Source: Pontiella sp. (GTDB lineage: Bacteria; Verrucomicrobiota; Kiritimatiellia; Kiritimatiellales; Pontiellaceae). Taken from it: 64,000 nucleotides of DNA. Both the position numbers and the translations under genes were made by a program. Where the stretch lies: the NCBI GenBank assembly GCA_050290185.1, contig JBNKHE010000001.1, positions 706,713-770,712 on the forward strand, written 5' to 3'. The notes under the pieces were generated by a model. The model did no database searches and was not told where the DNA came from. It saw nothing but the letters and a program-made list of their open reading frames with translations. Below are positions 48,079 to 57,283 of this stretch, in pieces (position 1 is the stretch's first letter; the number at the start of each line of letters is the position of its first letter).

Positions 48079-49443
48079 ATGAGTTTATATCTCCAACACA
48101 TGGAATCCTGCTTCCCAAGGTCCGCACTCTATCGGCAGGCGGGGCAAGCTGGCGGAGTAATTCAAGAAGCCTCCTCATCCTTCCGACACTTTCCCTATCG
48201 AGAACGCCACCTGCAGTGCCTTTGGGCCGATCCGCGCCACAGACCAGCCGTTCTGATGACCACGGAAGGGGAAACGGTGGAGATAGAACATCCGGGCGAT
48301 TGGAACCTTGAAGCCGGGCCGGACTTCCTCAATGCCGTTCTGCGGATCGGAAAGGAAAAGCGGCGTGTTTGCGGCGATCTTGAAATCCATATCCACGCCA
48401 ATGGCTGGAACCAGCATGGCCACGACGACGATCCTCGTTACGAAAACGTCCGCTTCCACATCGTCTACTTTCAGGGAATAGAGATACCCGGTCTGATCCA
48501 GATCCCTCTCCAGAAAACACTTTCCACCGACCCGCGCTTCTCGTTCGAAAACATCGACATTACTGTATACCCCTACTCCCTTCCCTCCGGCCATTTTCCT
48601 ATGCGGGGAATTCATCCTGACCGAAAAATCAAATTCCTCGAATCCGCCGGAGAAGAACGCCTGCGCATCAAGGCCGAACGACTCGCCCTCGCCATGCAAT
48701 CGAAGGAACCCGAACAGGTACTTTGGGAGGAACTGATGGCCGCACTCGGCTACAAGAACAACAAGACTCCTTTCCGGCAGCTCGCTGTTCGACTGCCTCT
48801 TGCACGGTTGCATTCACTGGCAAGAACAGCCAACGAAGCCTATTCCATTCTCCTCGGCCTCTCTGGACTGCTACCCGCCAATCCCGACCCCGCGTGGGAC
48901 ACCGAAACCCGGAAATTCATCAGGACGCTCTGGGATTGCTGGTGGAAGCAAACGGAGGAAGTGAAAGAGCTGGCCCTCAAGAAATCCAACTGGACGCTCG
49001 CCGGCATCCGCCCCGCCAACCACCCCGTTCGCCGCCTCATGGCTGCCGCACACTATGCCTTTCGAATCCCGGAACTCGCCAACGAAGCATCCATGCTGAC
49101 CCACTTTCCCGACAACTTCTGGAACACGCACATCAGCTGGAAAAGCAAATGCGATCCGATCGCACTCGTCGGTCAATCCCGTGCCAATGCCATCATCACC
49201 AACATCCTCATCCCCTTCCGAGCCGCCATGGGATCGATGGACTTGGACCTGAAAAAACTACCCATCGAACCCAGCAACAGCATCATCCGCCAAACCGCCT
49301 TCACCCTCTTCGGCCCCGACCACACAGCCAAGGTCTATAAATCCGCCCTCGCCCGCCAAGGCCTCATCCAAATCTTCCATGACTATGTAATTACGCATCG
49401 ACTGAATGAGTTGCGTCAGCTAAGGAACAAGCATGACCGCTAG
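48079..49443 (+). CDS. DUF2851 family protein
   Basis: E..LQCLW, PG.WN.EAGPDF.NA, GDLEIH...W..HGH..DP.Y..V..H, LGY..N..PF, RPANHP.RR; start uncertain (48079 or 48100). Confidence 0.85.
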   Translation: MSLYLQHMESCFPRSALYRQAGQAGGVIQEASSSFRHFPYRERHLQCLWADPRHRPAVLMTTEGETVEIEHPGDWNLEAGPDFLNAVLRIGKEKRRVCGDLEIHIHANGWNQHGHDDDPRYENVRFHIVYFQGIEIPGLIQIPLQKTLSTDPRFSFENIDITVYPYSLPSGHFPMRGIHPDRKIKFLESAGEERLRIKAERLALAMQSKEPEQVLWEELMAALGYKNNKTPFRQLAVRLPLARLHSLARTANEAYSILLGLSGLLPANPDPAWDTETRKFIRTLWDCWWKQTEEVKELALKKSNWTLAGIRPANHPVRRLMAAAHYAFRIPELANEASMLTHFPDNFWNTHISWKSKCDPIALVGQSRANAIITNILIPFRAAMGSMDLDLKKLPIEPSNSIIRQTAFTLFGPDHTAKVYKSALARQGLIQIFHDYVITHRLNELRQLRNKHDR

Positions 49444-50377
49444 TTCAGAATTAAGAATTCACCCGACAAACTCTCATTACAAAGCATGGCTTTCTCTCAA
49501 AGGAACGATTCTGTCCTACAAAGAAAGGACCCGGGACTCAGAAACCCTTGTCGATATACCCGTCGAACTTATAACAATTACTGAACGATATCGTTTCATG
49601 GGCCAACGTTTAGTAATCGCAATGGCATCTCTTGTTCTTTCAATTGCGATGGGTGGGGCAATAGCGGGCATCCCTTATTATTCGATATTCTACGAAACGC
49701 CAAAGCATGAGGGCATATATGTCATTACCGGGCTTTGCATCATGTTTATTCCATTTCTAATCCTGATAGTCCGATTCTTCTTTAAGCAAAGAACTGCCAT
49801 CTTATGGGTAAATCCAGATGGACCGGAGATTTCGTTTTGGATTCTGAAGAAGGACGAGCAAACCCTAAATGACCTGCTATCCGGCATCCGAATGCGACAA
49901 GCTCTAGTTGAAGACGAAGTTCCCTTTCCACTGTCATCAACGTCTGCATTTACCATTGAACGGCCATGGAAGAAGACAATCGCCCAAATGTGGTTGTTTG
50001 CTTTGCCAGCGATTTTCACCCAAAAACCTTGGTGGTTACTCCTAAGCCTGCTGCCCTTGGGTAAATTTCTGTGGGACATGCTGTATCTCATGGAACAGCC
50101 ATCACTTTATAGAAAAGCCTATCGCGCTGGCCTAAAACAAGATTGGGACTTGGCATTGGCCTATGCCAAACAACTTTGCTCAGACGATCCCGAATACGAA
50201 TCGGGTCATGAACTTCTGTATCAGGTCCACATTCGCCGTTCGGAGATCAATGAGGCATCAGCTGTATTGGGAACCATCCGGGCTAATCTCGATCCAGATA
50301 TAGCTCTCCAAATGGAAGAGCAACTTGTCTTACGCAAACGAATATCAGATCGGAAAAAAGCAGGAATTTTCGAATAA
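49433..50377 (+). CDS. Hypothetical membrane protein with C-terminal TPR-like helices
   Basis: About four TM segments, helical C-terminus; overlaps the DUF2851 stop; more AT-rich than its neighbours. Confidence 0.7.
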   Translation: MTASSELRIHPTNSHYKAWLSLKGTILSYKERTRDSETLVDIPVELITITERYRFMGQRLVIAMASLVLSIAMGGAIAGIPYYSIFYETPKHEGIYVITGLCIMFIPFLILIVRFFFKQRTAILWVNPDGPEISFWILKKDEQTLNDLLSGIRMRQALVEDEVPFPLSSTSAFTIERPWKKTIAQMWLFALPAIFTQKPWWLLLSLLPLGKFLWDMLYLMEQPSLYRKAYRAGLKQDWDLALAYAKQLCSDDPEYESGHELLYQVHIRRSEINEASAVLGTIRANLDPDIALQMEEQLVLRKRISDRKKAGIFE

Positions 50378-50467
50378 CGAAACGATCCTCTCCATTTAAC
50401 TGCGGAAATGACCGTAATGGATTGGGGGATTGCAAACACCTCTCACCAAACGTATCTAACATTCCAG

Positions 50468-50737
50468 ATGACTCGTTTCTTCCAACCCGTACGTAACCTG
50501 ACCCAGCCGGTCGGCAATGATCTTGCCGAACAAAAGAGGCACACGAAGACCCTTTCCATCTGGGAAGGGAGCCTTTGGGCCATCATGCTGCCGCAGTTTA
50601 GTGAAGTTCGCGAAACCGAACCTATTTCCACGGTTCGCATTCTCTGGCGCCTCGGCATCGGCCACCCCCTCTTCGGTCAAGTCGGCGCCTTCATGCCCCG
50701 CATTCGCGCCCTCATTGCGCCGAAGAATGGGAAATAG
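50468..50737 (+). pseudogene. Probable internally deleted MFS transporter remnant
   Basis: N-terminal half (KTLSIWEGSLWAIM) resembles MFS TM1; it is joined directly to LPQFSEVRETEPIS..ILWR, which resembles an MFS C-terminal tail. Confidence 0.5.
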
Positions 50738-50746
50738 CACATTGGC

Positions 50747-50799
50747 TGGAGGGCTACCGTCTGTCGCACCGAATGGACATCGAGGACGATGTCCCTCCA
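50747..50799. repeat. REP-like palindromic element between convergent genes
   Basis: TGGAGGG...GGACATCG-agga-CGATGTCC-CTCCA; terminal inverted TGGAGGG/CCCTCCA. Confidence 0.55.
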
Positions 50800-50801
50800 T
50801 T

Positions 50802-52052
50802 TTATTCCACCGGTTGCAGCAGAAATACCTTGTCCTGGCGGCGGGCTTTGGCGGGGAGAGCAAAGGTGACCTTGTCGTTTTTGACGGCCTTGTCGGCGGG
50901 CAGGCCATCGACGCGCAGGGTTTCGGCAACGGTTTCGATCGCGCCGGTCGTCGGACCTTCGATCAGGATTTCACTACCGGGCAGCAGCTCCTGCTGCCAG
51001 AGCGTGAATTCAACGACGCCGATCTTGGCGAAATAGTTGGAGACGACGCCAAGCTGGATGCGCTTGCGCGTGGCCTGCGAATGACCGGAAGCCGCCCACT
51101 CGCCCATCTTGTTTCCGAGGTAATATCCGCCATCCCAGAAACCGCGATTGAAGACCGATGCCAATCCGGCTTCCATCGGATCGAAGTCCTCGGGGTTGTA
51201 GGTGTCGGCTTCGACGGCATCGAGAGCCTTGCGATAGGCCTTGGTGACGACATCGACATATTGCGCCGTACGGGCGCGGCCTTCGAGCTTGAAGACCGAG
51301 ACTCCGGCTTCCGCCAGCCGGTCGAGATGCTGGATGGTGCAGAGATCCTTCGGCGACATGATGTAGCGGTTCTGCACCTCCAGTTCGTCGCCCGTCTCCA
51401 CATCAATCAGCCGGTAGGCCCGACGGCAGTTCTGGAAACAGGCGCCGCGGTTGGCCGACTGGTTGTAGCAGCCGAGACTCATGTAGCACTTGCCGGAAAT
51501 CGCCATGCACAGCGCACCGTGGGTGAAGAGTTCGATCTGGATCAATTCGCCCTTCGGCCCGCGGATATTTTCCTTCTGGATCGCATCGGCAATGGCCTTG
51601 ACCTGATCGATCTCCAGCTCGCGCGCCAGCACCATTACGTCGGCGTATCTGGAGTAAAACCGCACAGCGCCGATGTTGGAGATATTCGCCTGAACGGAAA
51701 TATGCACTTCGAGCCCGATCGAATGGGCATATTCGATCGCCGCGATGTCGGAGGCGATGACCGCGTCGACGTTCGCGGATTTGGCGGCGTCGCAGATCTC
51801 GGGAATCATTTCCAGTTCGTCGTCGCAGACAATCACATTCAGGGCCAGATACGACTTCACTCCGCACCAGCGGCAGATCCGTGCAATGCGTTTCAGGTCG
51901 CCCAAATGGAACGGGCTCGCCGCGCGCGAACGCATGTTCAGCTTATCGACCCCGAAATAAACCGAGTCCGCGCCCGCGCGAATCGCCGCCGACAACGACT
52001 CGTACGATCCCGCCGGCGCCATCAGTTCCAATCTAGATGATCTCTTTTTCAT
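50802..52052 (-). CDS. Peptidase U32 family protein (Fe-S dependent RNA/quinone hydroxylation family)
   Basis: ELMAPAGS, GADSVYFG, HGALCMAISGKC, ANRGACFQNCRR, SPKDL, KLEGR; start trimmed to 52052. Confidence 0.92.
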   Translation of the reverse strand: MKKRSSRLELMAPAGSYESLSAAIRAGADSVYFGVDKLNMRSRAASPFHLGDLKRIARICRWCGVKSYLALNVIVCDDELEMIPEICDAAKSANVDAVIASDIAAIEYAHSIGLEVHISVQANISNIGAVRFYSRYADVMVLARELEIDQVKAIADAIQKENIRGPKGELIQIELFTHGALCMAISGKCYMSLGCYNQSANRGACFQNCRRAYRLIDVETGDELEVQNRYIMSPKDLCTIQHLDRLAEAGVSVFKLEGRARTAQYVDVVTKAYRKALDAVEADTYNPEDFDPMEAGLASVFNRGFWDGGYYLGNKMGEWAASGHSQATRKRIQLGVVSNYFAKIGVVEFTLWQQELLPGSEILIEGPTTGAIETVAETLRVDGLPADKAVKNDKVTFALPAKARRQDKVFLLQPVE

Positions 52053-52321
52053 GAAGGGCTGAAACAATGGATAAAGCCTTTCTCGATTGCAATCCCCCAA
52101 AACCGCCAAAAAACTGACGGAAATCGTGAAATGAATTGAAAAGCCGGAATTCCATGGGTATTTTGGATGCTTCCCGCCGCTATGCCGGGATGGGGCGTTG
52201 CCCCGGTTGATCTTTGAGGGGTTGCTGATTGTTAGGTATTGAGTCATGGCTGACTGAAAATCCCTATCAACCAACAACCAGGAACCAACAACTGCGTGCT
52301 AGGCACGCGAAGGAGAGATAG

Positions 52322-54355
52322 ATGAAAAACATCCCCATTGATAATGTCCGCAACTTCGCTCTTATGGGCCACACTGGTAGCGGGAAGACATCACTGATCG
52401 ACAGCATTCTGTTCAAGCTGGGTCAGGTGGATCGCGTGGGCTCTCCGGAAAACGGTACCAGTGTGGCCGATTGGACCGCCGAAGAAAAAGCACATGGTAT
52501 TTCCATCTGGGCGAAACCCTTCGACGGCGTCTACACCGCCGCCTCCCGCAAGGTTCGCCGCCTCGTCATGATCGACACCCCCGGCTTCGCCGACTTTATC
52601 GGCGCAATGATTTCCGCGGCCGAAGTCACCGACGCCGCTCTCATCACCGTCGACGCCTCCGCCGGCATCCAGGTCGGCACCCAGCGCGCATGGAAAGCCG
52701 CCGAAAAACGCAACCTGCCCCGCGGCATCGCCATCACCTGCCTCGACAAGGACGACACCGATTTTGAAGCCACCCTTGCGGAAATCAAGCTGCGCTGGGG
52801 CGACGACCGCTGCGTGCCCATGGTCCTGCCGACCTCCGACGGCAAGGCCATCGATATTCTCAACTGCCCGAACGACCAGGTTCCAGACGAGCTGAAGGAC
52901 CGCGTCAAGGCCATCAAGGACCACCTCATTGAACTCGCAGCCGAAACCGACGACTCGCTCATGGAAAAATATTTCGAAGGGCAGGAACTCACCGCCGACG
53001 AGTTTTCCGAAGGCCTGCGCAAGTCCGTGCACGATGCGCACCTCATTCCCGTCTTCGCCACCTCGGTCAAAAAGGACATGGGCGTGAAGGAAACCATGGA
53101 CTCCATCAGCCGCCTATTCCCCTCGCCGCACGACTATCCCGTCAGCTGCGCGGAAGGCAACCAGATTTCCGCCGAAGAGGACCAGCCTTTCTCGGGCCAG
53201 GTCTGGCGTTGCTTCAGCGATGCCTTCATCGGACAGATGACTTTTGTCCGCATCTACAGCGGAGTCCTCAAGCCCGGCATGGAAGTTTTCAATGCCACCA
53301 AGGGAGAAAAGGAAAAGGTCGGAACGATTCTCTACGTGGACGGAAAGAAAACCACCGAGGCCCAGGAAGCCAAAGCCGGCGACATTGTTGCGATCACCAA
53401 GCTCAAGAACACCTATCTCAACGACTCGCTCTGCGCCGTTGGAAGCAATATCAGGTTCGAACCGATCGTCTTCCCCTCCCCGGTCACCGCCTATGCCGTC
53501 GAACCGAAAAACAAGGCCGATGCCGACAAGATCGGGCAGGCGCTCCATCGCGCCACCGACGAGGACCCGTCCATCCGGCTCGACCATAACACCGAGACGC
53601 ACGAGCTGGTTCTCTGGGGCATGGGCGACATGCACCTTGAAGTCACCCTAGAGCATATCCGCAACCGCAGCGCCGTGGAAATGACCCACCATACTCCACA
53701 CGTTGCCTACAAGGAAACGATCACGGGCAGCGGCGAAGGCCACTACAAGCACAAGAAGCAATCCGGCGGCCGCGGACAGTATGGTGAATGCTACATCCGC
53801 ATCCGTCCGCGCGATCCGAACGATGAAATCTGGTTCATCAACAAGCTCGTCGGCGGCTCGATTCCGGGCAACTTTGTCCCCGCCTGCGAAAAGGGTTTTG
53901 TGGAAGGCCTGAACAAGGGCCCGCTCGTCGGAGCGGAAGTAATCAACGTGCAGATCGAGCTCTACGACGGATCTTACCATGACGTCGACTCATCCGAAGT
54001 CGCCTTCAAGATCGCCGGCTCGCGCGCCCTGCACGAGGCCATCGAGAAGTCGAATCCGGTACTGCTCGAACCCATCGTGAGCGTCAAGGTCATCGTGCCC
54101 GAACAGTTCATGGGCGACATCTCCGGCCTGCTCAACACCAAACGCGGCCGCATCCTCGGCATGGGTCCGGAAGATGGACTGCAAGCCATCGATGCCGACG
54201 TGCCCCAGGCTGAAATGTTCAAGTTCTGCTCCGAGCTGCGCTCGATCACCAGCGGACAAGGCTCCTTCGAAATGGACTTCAGCCGCTACGAGCAGGTACC
54301 CGCACACATGGCCTCGAAAGTCATCGAAGCCGCCAAGACGGAGCATGACGACTAG
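52322..54355 (+). CDS. Elongation factor G paralogue (EF-G2-like)
   Basis: GHTGSGKT, DTPG, EDPS, GMGDMHLE, KKQSGGRGQYG, GSYHDVDSSE, LLEP, LRSITSGQG; AAGGAG RBS; not in a str operon. Confidence 0.93.
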   Translation: MKNIPIDNVRNFALMGHTGSGKTSLIDSILFKLGQVDRVGSPENGTSVADWTAEEKAHGISIWAKPFDGVYTAASRKVRRLVMIDTPGFADFIGAMISAAEVTDAALITVDASAGIQVGTQRAWKAAEKRNLPRGIAITCLDKDDTDFEATLAEIKLRWGDDRCVPMVLPTSDGKAIDILNCPNDQVPDELKDRVKAIKDHLIELAAETDDSLMEKYFEGQELTADEFSEGLRKSVHDAHLIPVFATSVKKDMGVKETMDSISRLFPSPHDYPVSCAEGNQISAEEDQPFSGQVWRCFSDAFIGQMTFVRIYSGVLKPGMEVFNATKGEKEKVGTILYVDGKKTTEAQEAKAGDIVAITKLKNTYLNDSLCAVGSNIRFEPIVFPSPVTAYAVEPKNKADADKIGQALHRATDEDPSIRLDHNTETHELVLWGMGDMHLEVTLEHIRNRSAVEMTHHTPHVAYKETITGSGEGHYKHKKQSGGRGQYGECYIRIRPRDPNDEIWFINKLVGGSIPGNFVPACEKGFVEGLNKGPLVGAEVINVQIELYDGSYHDVDSSEVAFKIAGSRALHEAIEKSNPVLLEPIVSVKVIVPEQFMGDISGLLNTKRGRILGMGPEDGLQAIDADVPQAEMFKFCSELRSITSGQGSFEMDFSRYEQVPAHMASKVIEAAKTEHDD

Positions 54356-54385
54356 CTAAACCCGCCGGGCAACGGAAAACAACGG

Positions 54386-54411
54386 GGGCAGGCTGCAAGC
54401 CTGCCCTTTTT
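54386..54411 (+). terminator. Intrinsic terminator
   Basis: GGGCAGGC-tgcaa-GCCTGCCC-TTTTT. Confidence 0.85.
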
Positions 54412-54525
54412 CATGCTCTGGACACACCGCACGTCCCGGCCATGTACTTCCGCTGAAGCTGATTCCAGTGGCGTATTGACCAAGCAACCAATTTTAATTC
54501 TTAACAATAAGCCCTCAGGCTATAA

Positions 54526-54542
54526 GTGGCACGTTGAATGCA
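54526..54542 (+). promoter_or_regulatory. Putative sigma-54 promoter
   Basis: GTGGCAC-GTTGA-ATGCA preceded by an AT-rich tract. Confidence 0.6.
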
Positions 54543-54689
54543 TCTTCACTGGCGAACCGTACGTGCCTTTCCTAGACATGGTGGAAAGATCCGGCCATGC
54601 CCATAGAAGTATCAGGCGTATGACCGTATCGTAATGGCATATACACGCTGAATGGAGATGGATTTAACCGTAACCCAAGGGTTCGGATC

Positions 54690-55412
54690 ATGAATAGACG
54701 CCGGTATATGGACCAGCTTCCCAAACAGAGCGCACTTCGCCAGTCCAGGATCGCCATCGTGCTCATAGCGGGCTTCCCGGTTATAGCGACCCTATATATA
54801 TGGGCCATGCTCCAGCTGCAACCGGAACAGCTCTCCCTGTACATCCCTGCGGGCATTTTCGCATCCACGATAATCCTGGCGGCCACCGGGTGTTCGATCC
54901 TGCTGAAATTTCCGAAAAACATCATGCGGCTGCGGCAGTATATTGCCGAAGCCGGCCCAGCGGGCTTTCCCTCCACCATCAGCCTGAGCGATACGCGAGA
55001 TTCCGATGACCTGCGGCATATCGAAAACGACCTGAATGCCGTGCTCCGGAAAATGCGACAGCAAATTGAACAGGCCGAACTCAACCAGCGCAAGGAGCAT
55101 TGGCTAAGGGAAAAGGTGGAGGAACAGCAGCGCGCACTGATCCATGCCGAACGCCACCGCGCCATGATCCAAAGCCTTGGCGCGGCCTGCCATCACCTCG
55201 GGCAGCCCGTGACGACGCTGAAAATACGCCTGTATCTTATGAAGCAGCACGGCGACCTATCGGAGAAGGAGCGTGAAAATATCGCAGAATGCGAGACGGA
55301 CATCGAAATGGTCCAGTCTGTTCTCGAACGGCTCAGAACCGTCAGCCAGTTCAGAACGGAACCGTATATCTCCGACGAAAACAAGGGAGAGAATGAAATC
55401 CTGGCTATCTAG
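54690..55412 (+). CDS. Membrane protein with two TMs, HAMP-like linker and HisKA-like H-box, no ATPase domain
   Basis: LGAACHHLGQP H-box-like motif; ends FRTEPY...ILAI. Confidence 0.78.
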   Translation: MNRRRYMDQLPKQSALRQSRIAIVLIAGFPVIATLYIWAMLQLQPEQLSLYIPAGIFASTIILAATGCSILLKFPKNIMRLRQYIAEAGPAGFPSTISLSDTRDSDDLRHIENDLNAVLRKMRQQIEQAELNQRKEHWLREKVEEQQRALIHAERHRAMIQSLGAACHHLGQPVTTLKIRLYLMKQHGDLSEKERENIAECETDIEMVQSVLERLRTVSQFRTEPYISDENKGENEILAI

Positions 55413-55630
55413 ACAATGGTTTCGGACAGGTGCCCCCCCACACGCGCGTCCACCGTAATCTCCGCCGTTTCGTCCGAACCCGCCATAGTGACCGCCTTTT
55501 ATCAATCATTACCCGCATGATTTTAAAGATTCATAACCCATTCATTTCATATCACTTGGCGTAATTTTATCCATGCAAACGGATGGCTGGTTTATGAATC
55601 CCGGTCTTCCGATTAGAGAGGAGATGTCTG

Positions 55631-56356
55631 GTGAATAGGATTTATCACTTAACGCATTTAGCTTCCCGGAATGCGTTGCGTCAAACGATCATCGCCACGT
55701 TGCTGATGTCGGTCATTCCCCTATTGTCGATGATCTACATTGTCGTTATGGTTTGGATATATCCCGGAAGGATCACGTATATGACCGGGGCGGTGCTGAT
55801 CGCATTGATTCTGCTTATGAACATTGCCGGATTCCTCATTCAGCTTGAATACCCAAGAATTCTCATGAAGCTCCGCAACCATATCTCCGGCATTGCCCGC
55901 GGAATACTGCCGGACAAAGGCCGTCTGCCCGAATCCCGCAACTCCGATGACTTGATCGATTTGGAAAACGGAGTCAACGAGGTGATCGAGGAAATGCGGC
56001 GGCAACTCAGGGTTGCCCGGGATAACCAGCTTCTGGAACAAGAGCGACGGCAACGCATCGAACAGCAGCAACAGGAGCTTATCCATGCCGAAAAACACCG
56101 CGCCATGATCCAAACCCTCGGAGCGGTCTGCCATCATATGGGGCCGCCTTTGAAGATCCTGCGCATGCGCATGCGTTTGATGAAGCATATTGATGATATG
56201 TCGCCCATGGAACGGGTGCAGATCGAGGAGTGCAAGAAGGAACTCGAAGTCACCGTGAACATCATCGAGCGCTTAAGAACCATCCGCGAATTCAGGACCG
56301 AACCATACACCGGCGACGACGACCACTACAACGATACTGAAATCCTGGCCATATAG
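55631..56356 (+). CDS. Paralogue of the upstream HisKA-only membrane protein
   Basis: GAGGAG RBS, GTG start; LGAVCHHMGPP; ends FRTEPY...ILAI. Confidence 0.78.
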   Translation: MNRIYHLTHLASRNALRQTIIATLLMSVIPLLSMIYIVVMVWIYPGRITYMTGAVLIALILLMNIAGFLIQLEYPRILMKLRNHISGIARGILPDKGRLPESRNSDDLIDLENGVNEVIEEMRRQLRVARDNQLLEQERRQRIEQQQQELIHAEKHRAMIQTLGAVCHHMGPPLKILRMRMRLMKHIDDMSPMERVQIEECKKELEVTVNIIERLRTIREFRTEPYTGDDDHYNDTEILAI

Positions 56357-56395
56357 CATTCCGTCGGCAAGACGGCCGGCCAACGGGGAAAAAAA

Positions 56396-56423
56396 GGGCA
56401 GGCATGCGGCCTGCCCTTTCTTT
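56396..56423 (+). terminator. Intrinsic terminator, possibly bidirectional
   Basis: A-tract, GGGCAGGC-atgcg-GCCTGCCC, TTTCTTT. Confidence 0.8.
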
Positions 56424-56597
56424 ATGGATGCGATGACTGGATATTGGAATGAACCGCGAATGAACGTAAGAAACACGAGAACACATCCGGTTCAATGTTC
56501 ATACCCCATCAGCGGGAATGCAACCGGATCTGGATAGTCGACGCGACGCCCTCGTCGCTTCTACGTTACAGGCTCCCTCATGCGAGGAGTGTAAACT

Positions 56598-57032
56598 TTA
56601 TTCCTTCCCAAGCTCCTCCGTGGCCTCCTTCTTGCCCATGGCACGGATTTCCTGCAGCCGGGTCTGGATGGCTTCGCCCCGTAGCGCGATCTTGCCTTCG
56701 GTTTTTTCCCAGCGCACGACGGTCTGCTGGGTGACGCCGGCGAGCTGGGCCAGCTCCATTTGCGTGATGCCCAGACGCTTCCGAAGCGACAATACGCCTT
56801 TGCCGGTGATCCAAAACCGTTGCTCCGTTTCTTCCTCGACCGCCGGAGCGGATTGACCGAGTTCCTTTTGCAGCCGCTTCACTTCCTTTTGTTGCTCGGA
56901 GAGTTCCCGCCGCAGGTCGGCGATATACTTCCGTTGCTGGGCATTGACCCGTTTGATGGGATCCAGTTCCTTCTTGATTTCCCTGCGCGCCACGCGCGCA
57001 ATCTCTGATCGAAGTTCTTTTATAACAGACAT
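56598..57032 (-). CDS. XRE-family HTH regulator with N-terminal coiled coil
   Basis: LRKRLGITQMELAQLAGVTQQTVVRWE; AAAGGAG RBS. Confidence 0.88.
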   Translation of the reverse strand: MSVIKELRSEIARVARREIKKELDPIKRVNAQQRKYIADLRRELSEQQKEVKRLQKELGQSAPAVEEETEQRFWITGKGVLSLRKRLGITQMELAQLAGVTQQTVVRWEKTEGKIALRGEAIQTRLQEIRAMGKKEATEELGKE

Positions 57033-57283
57033 ATTTTATCTCCTTTGCTTCTCAAAGTTCTATCTCAACAAATGATATATGACAAGGTTCTATTCATATC
57101 TGCCGGATATTGCGGGTTGCCTCAATGATGGTTCCAATGAAAATCTCCGTCTGATTCTCTTCGAGTAGTTCGGGAATCCTGAGGTCGCCCGGCAGGTTCG
57201 TGGTAAAGACACGTAAATTGTTGCTGTTTATGCTAGCGGATGCGCATGACGGGAGTAAAAAAAACCTCTGAGAGGAAAGAATA

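Noticed and set aside
50517..52040. Long plus-strand ORF (507 aa) and similar long antisense ORFs (9693-10832, 40068-41240, 44942-46120, 60524-61516, 62674-63735)
   Set aside because: They are shadows of well-supported genes on the opposite strand in GC-rich DNA and show no motifs.
52053..52277. N-terminal extensions in the ORF track (U32 protein, also GT2 17094-17276, GT4 21999-22259, wzx 32499-32615)
   Set aside because: The extensions overlap neighbouring genes or regulatory DNA, and family motifs begin at the downstream ATGs used here.
55557..55577. Sigma-54 promoter for the second half-kinase gene
   Set aside because: TGGCGT is present but there is no GC at the required -12 spacing.
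56598..57032. Toxin-antitoxin module or prophage remnant around the XRE gene
   Set aside because: No adjacent toxin, integrase or phage gene.
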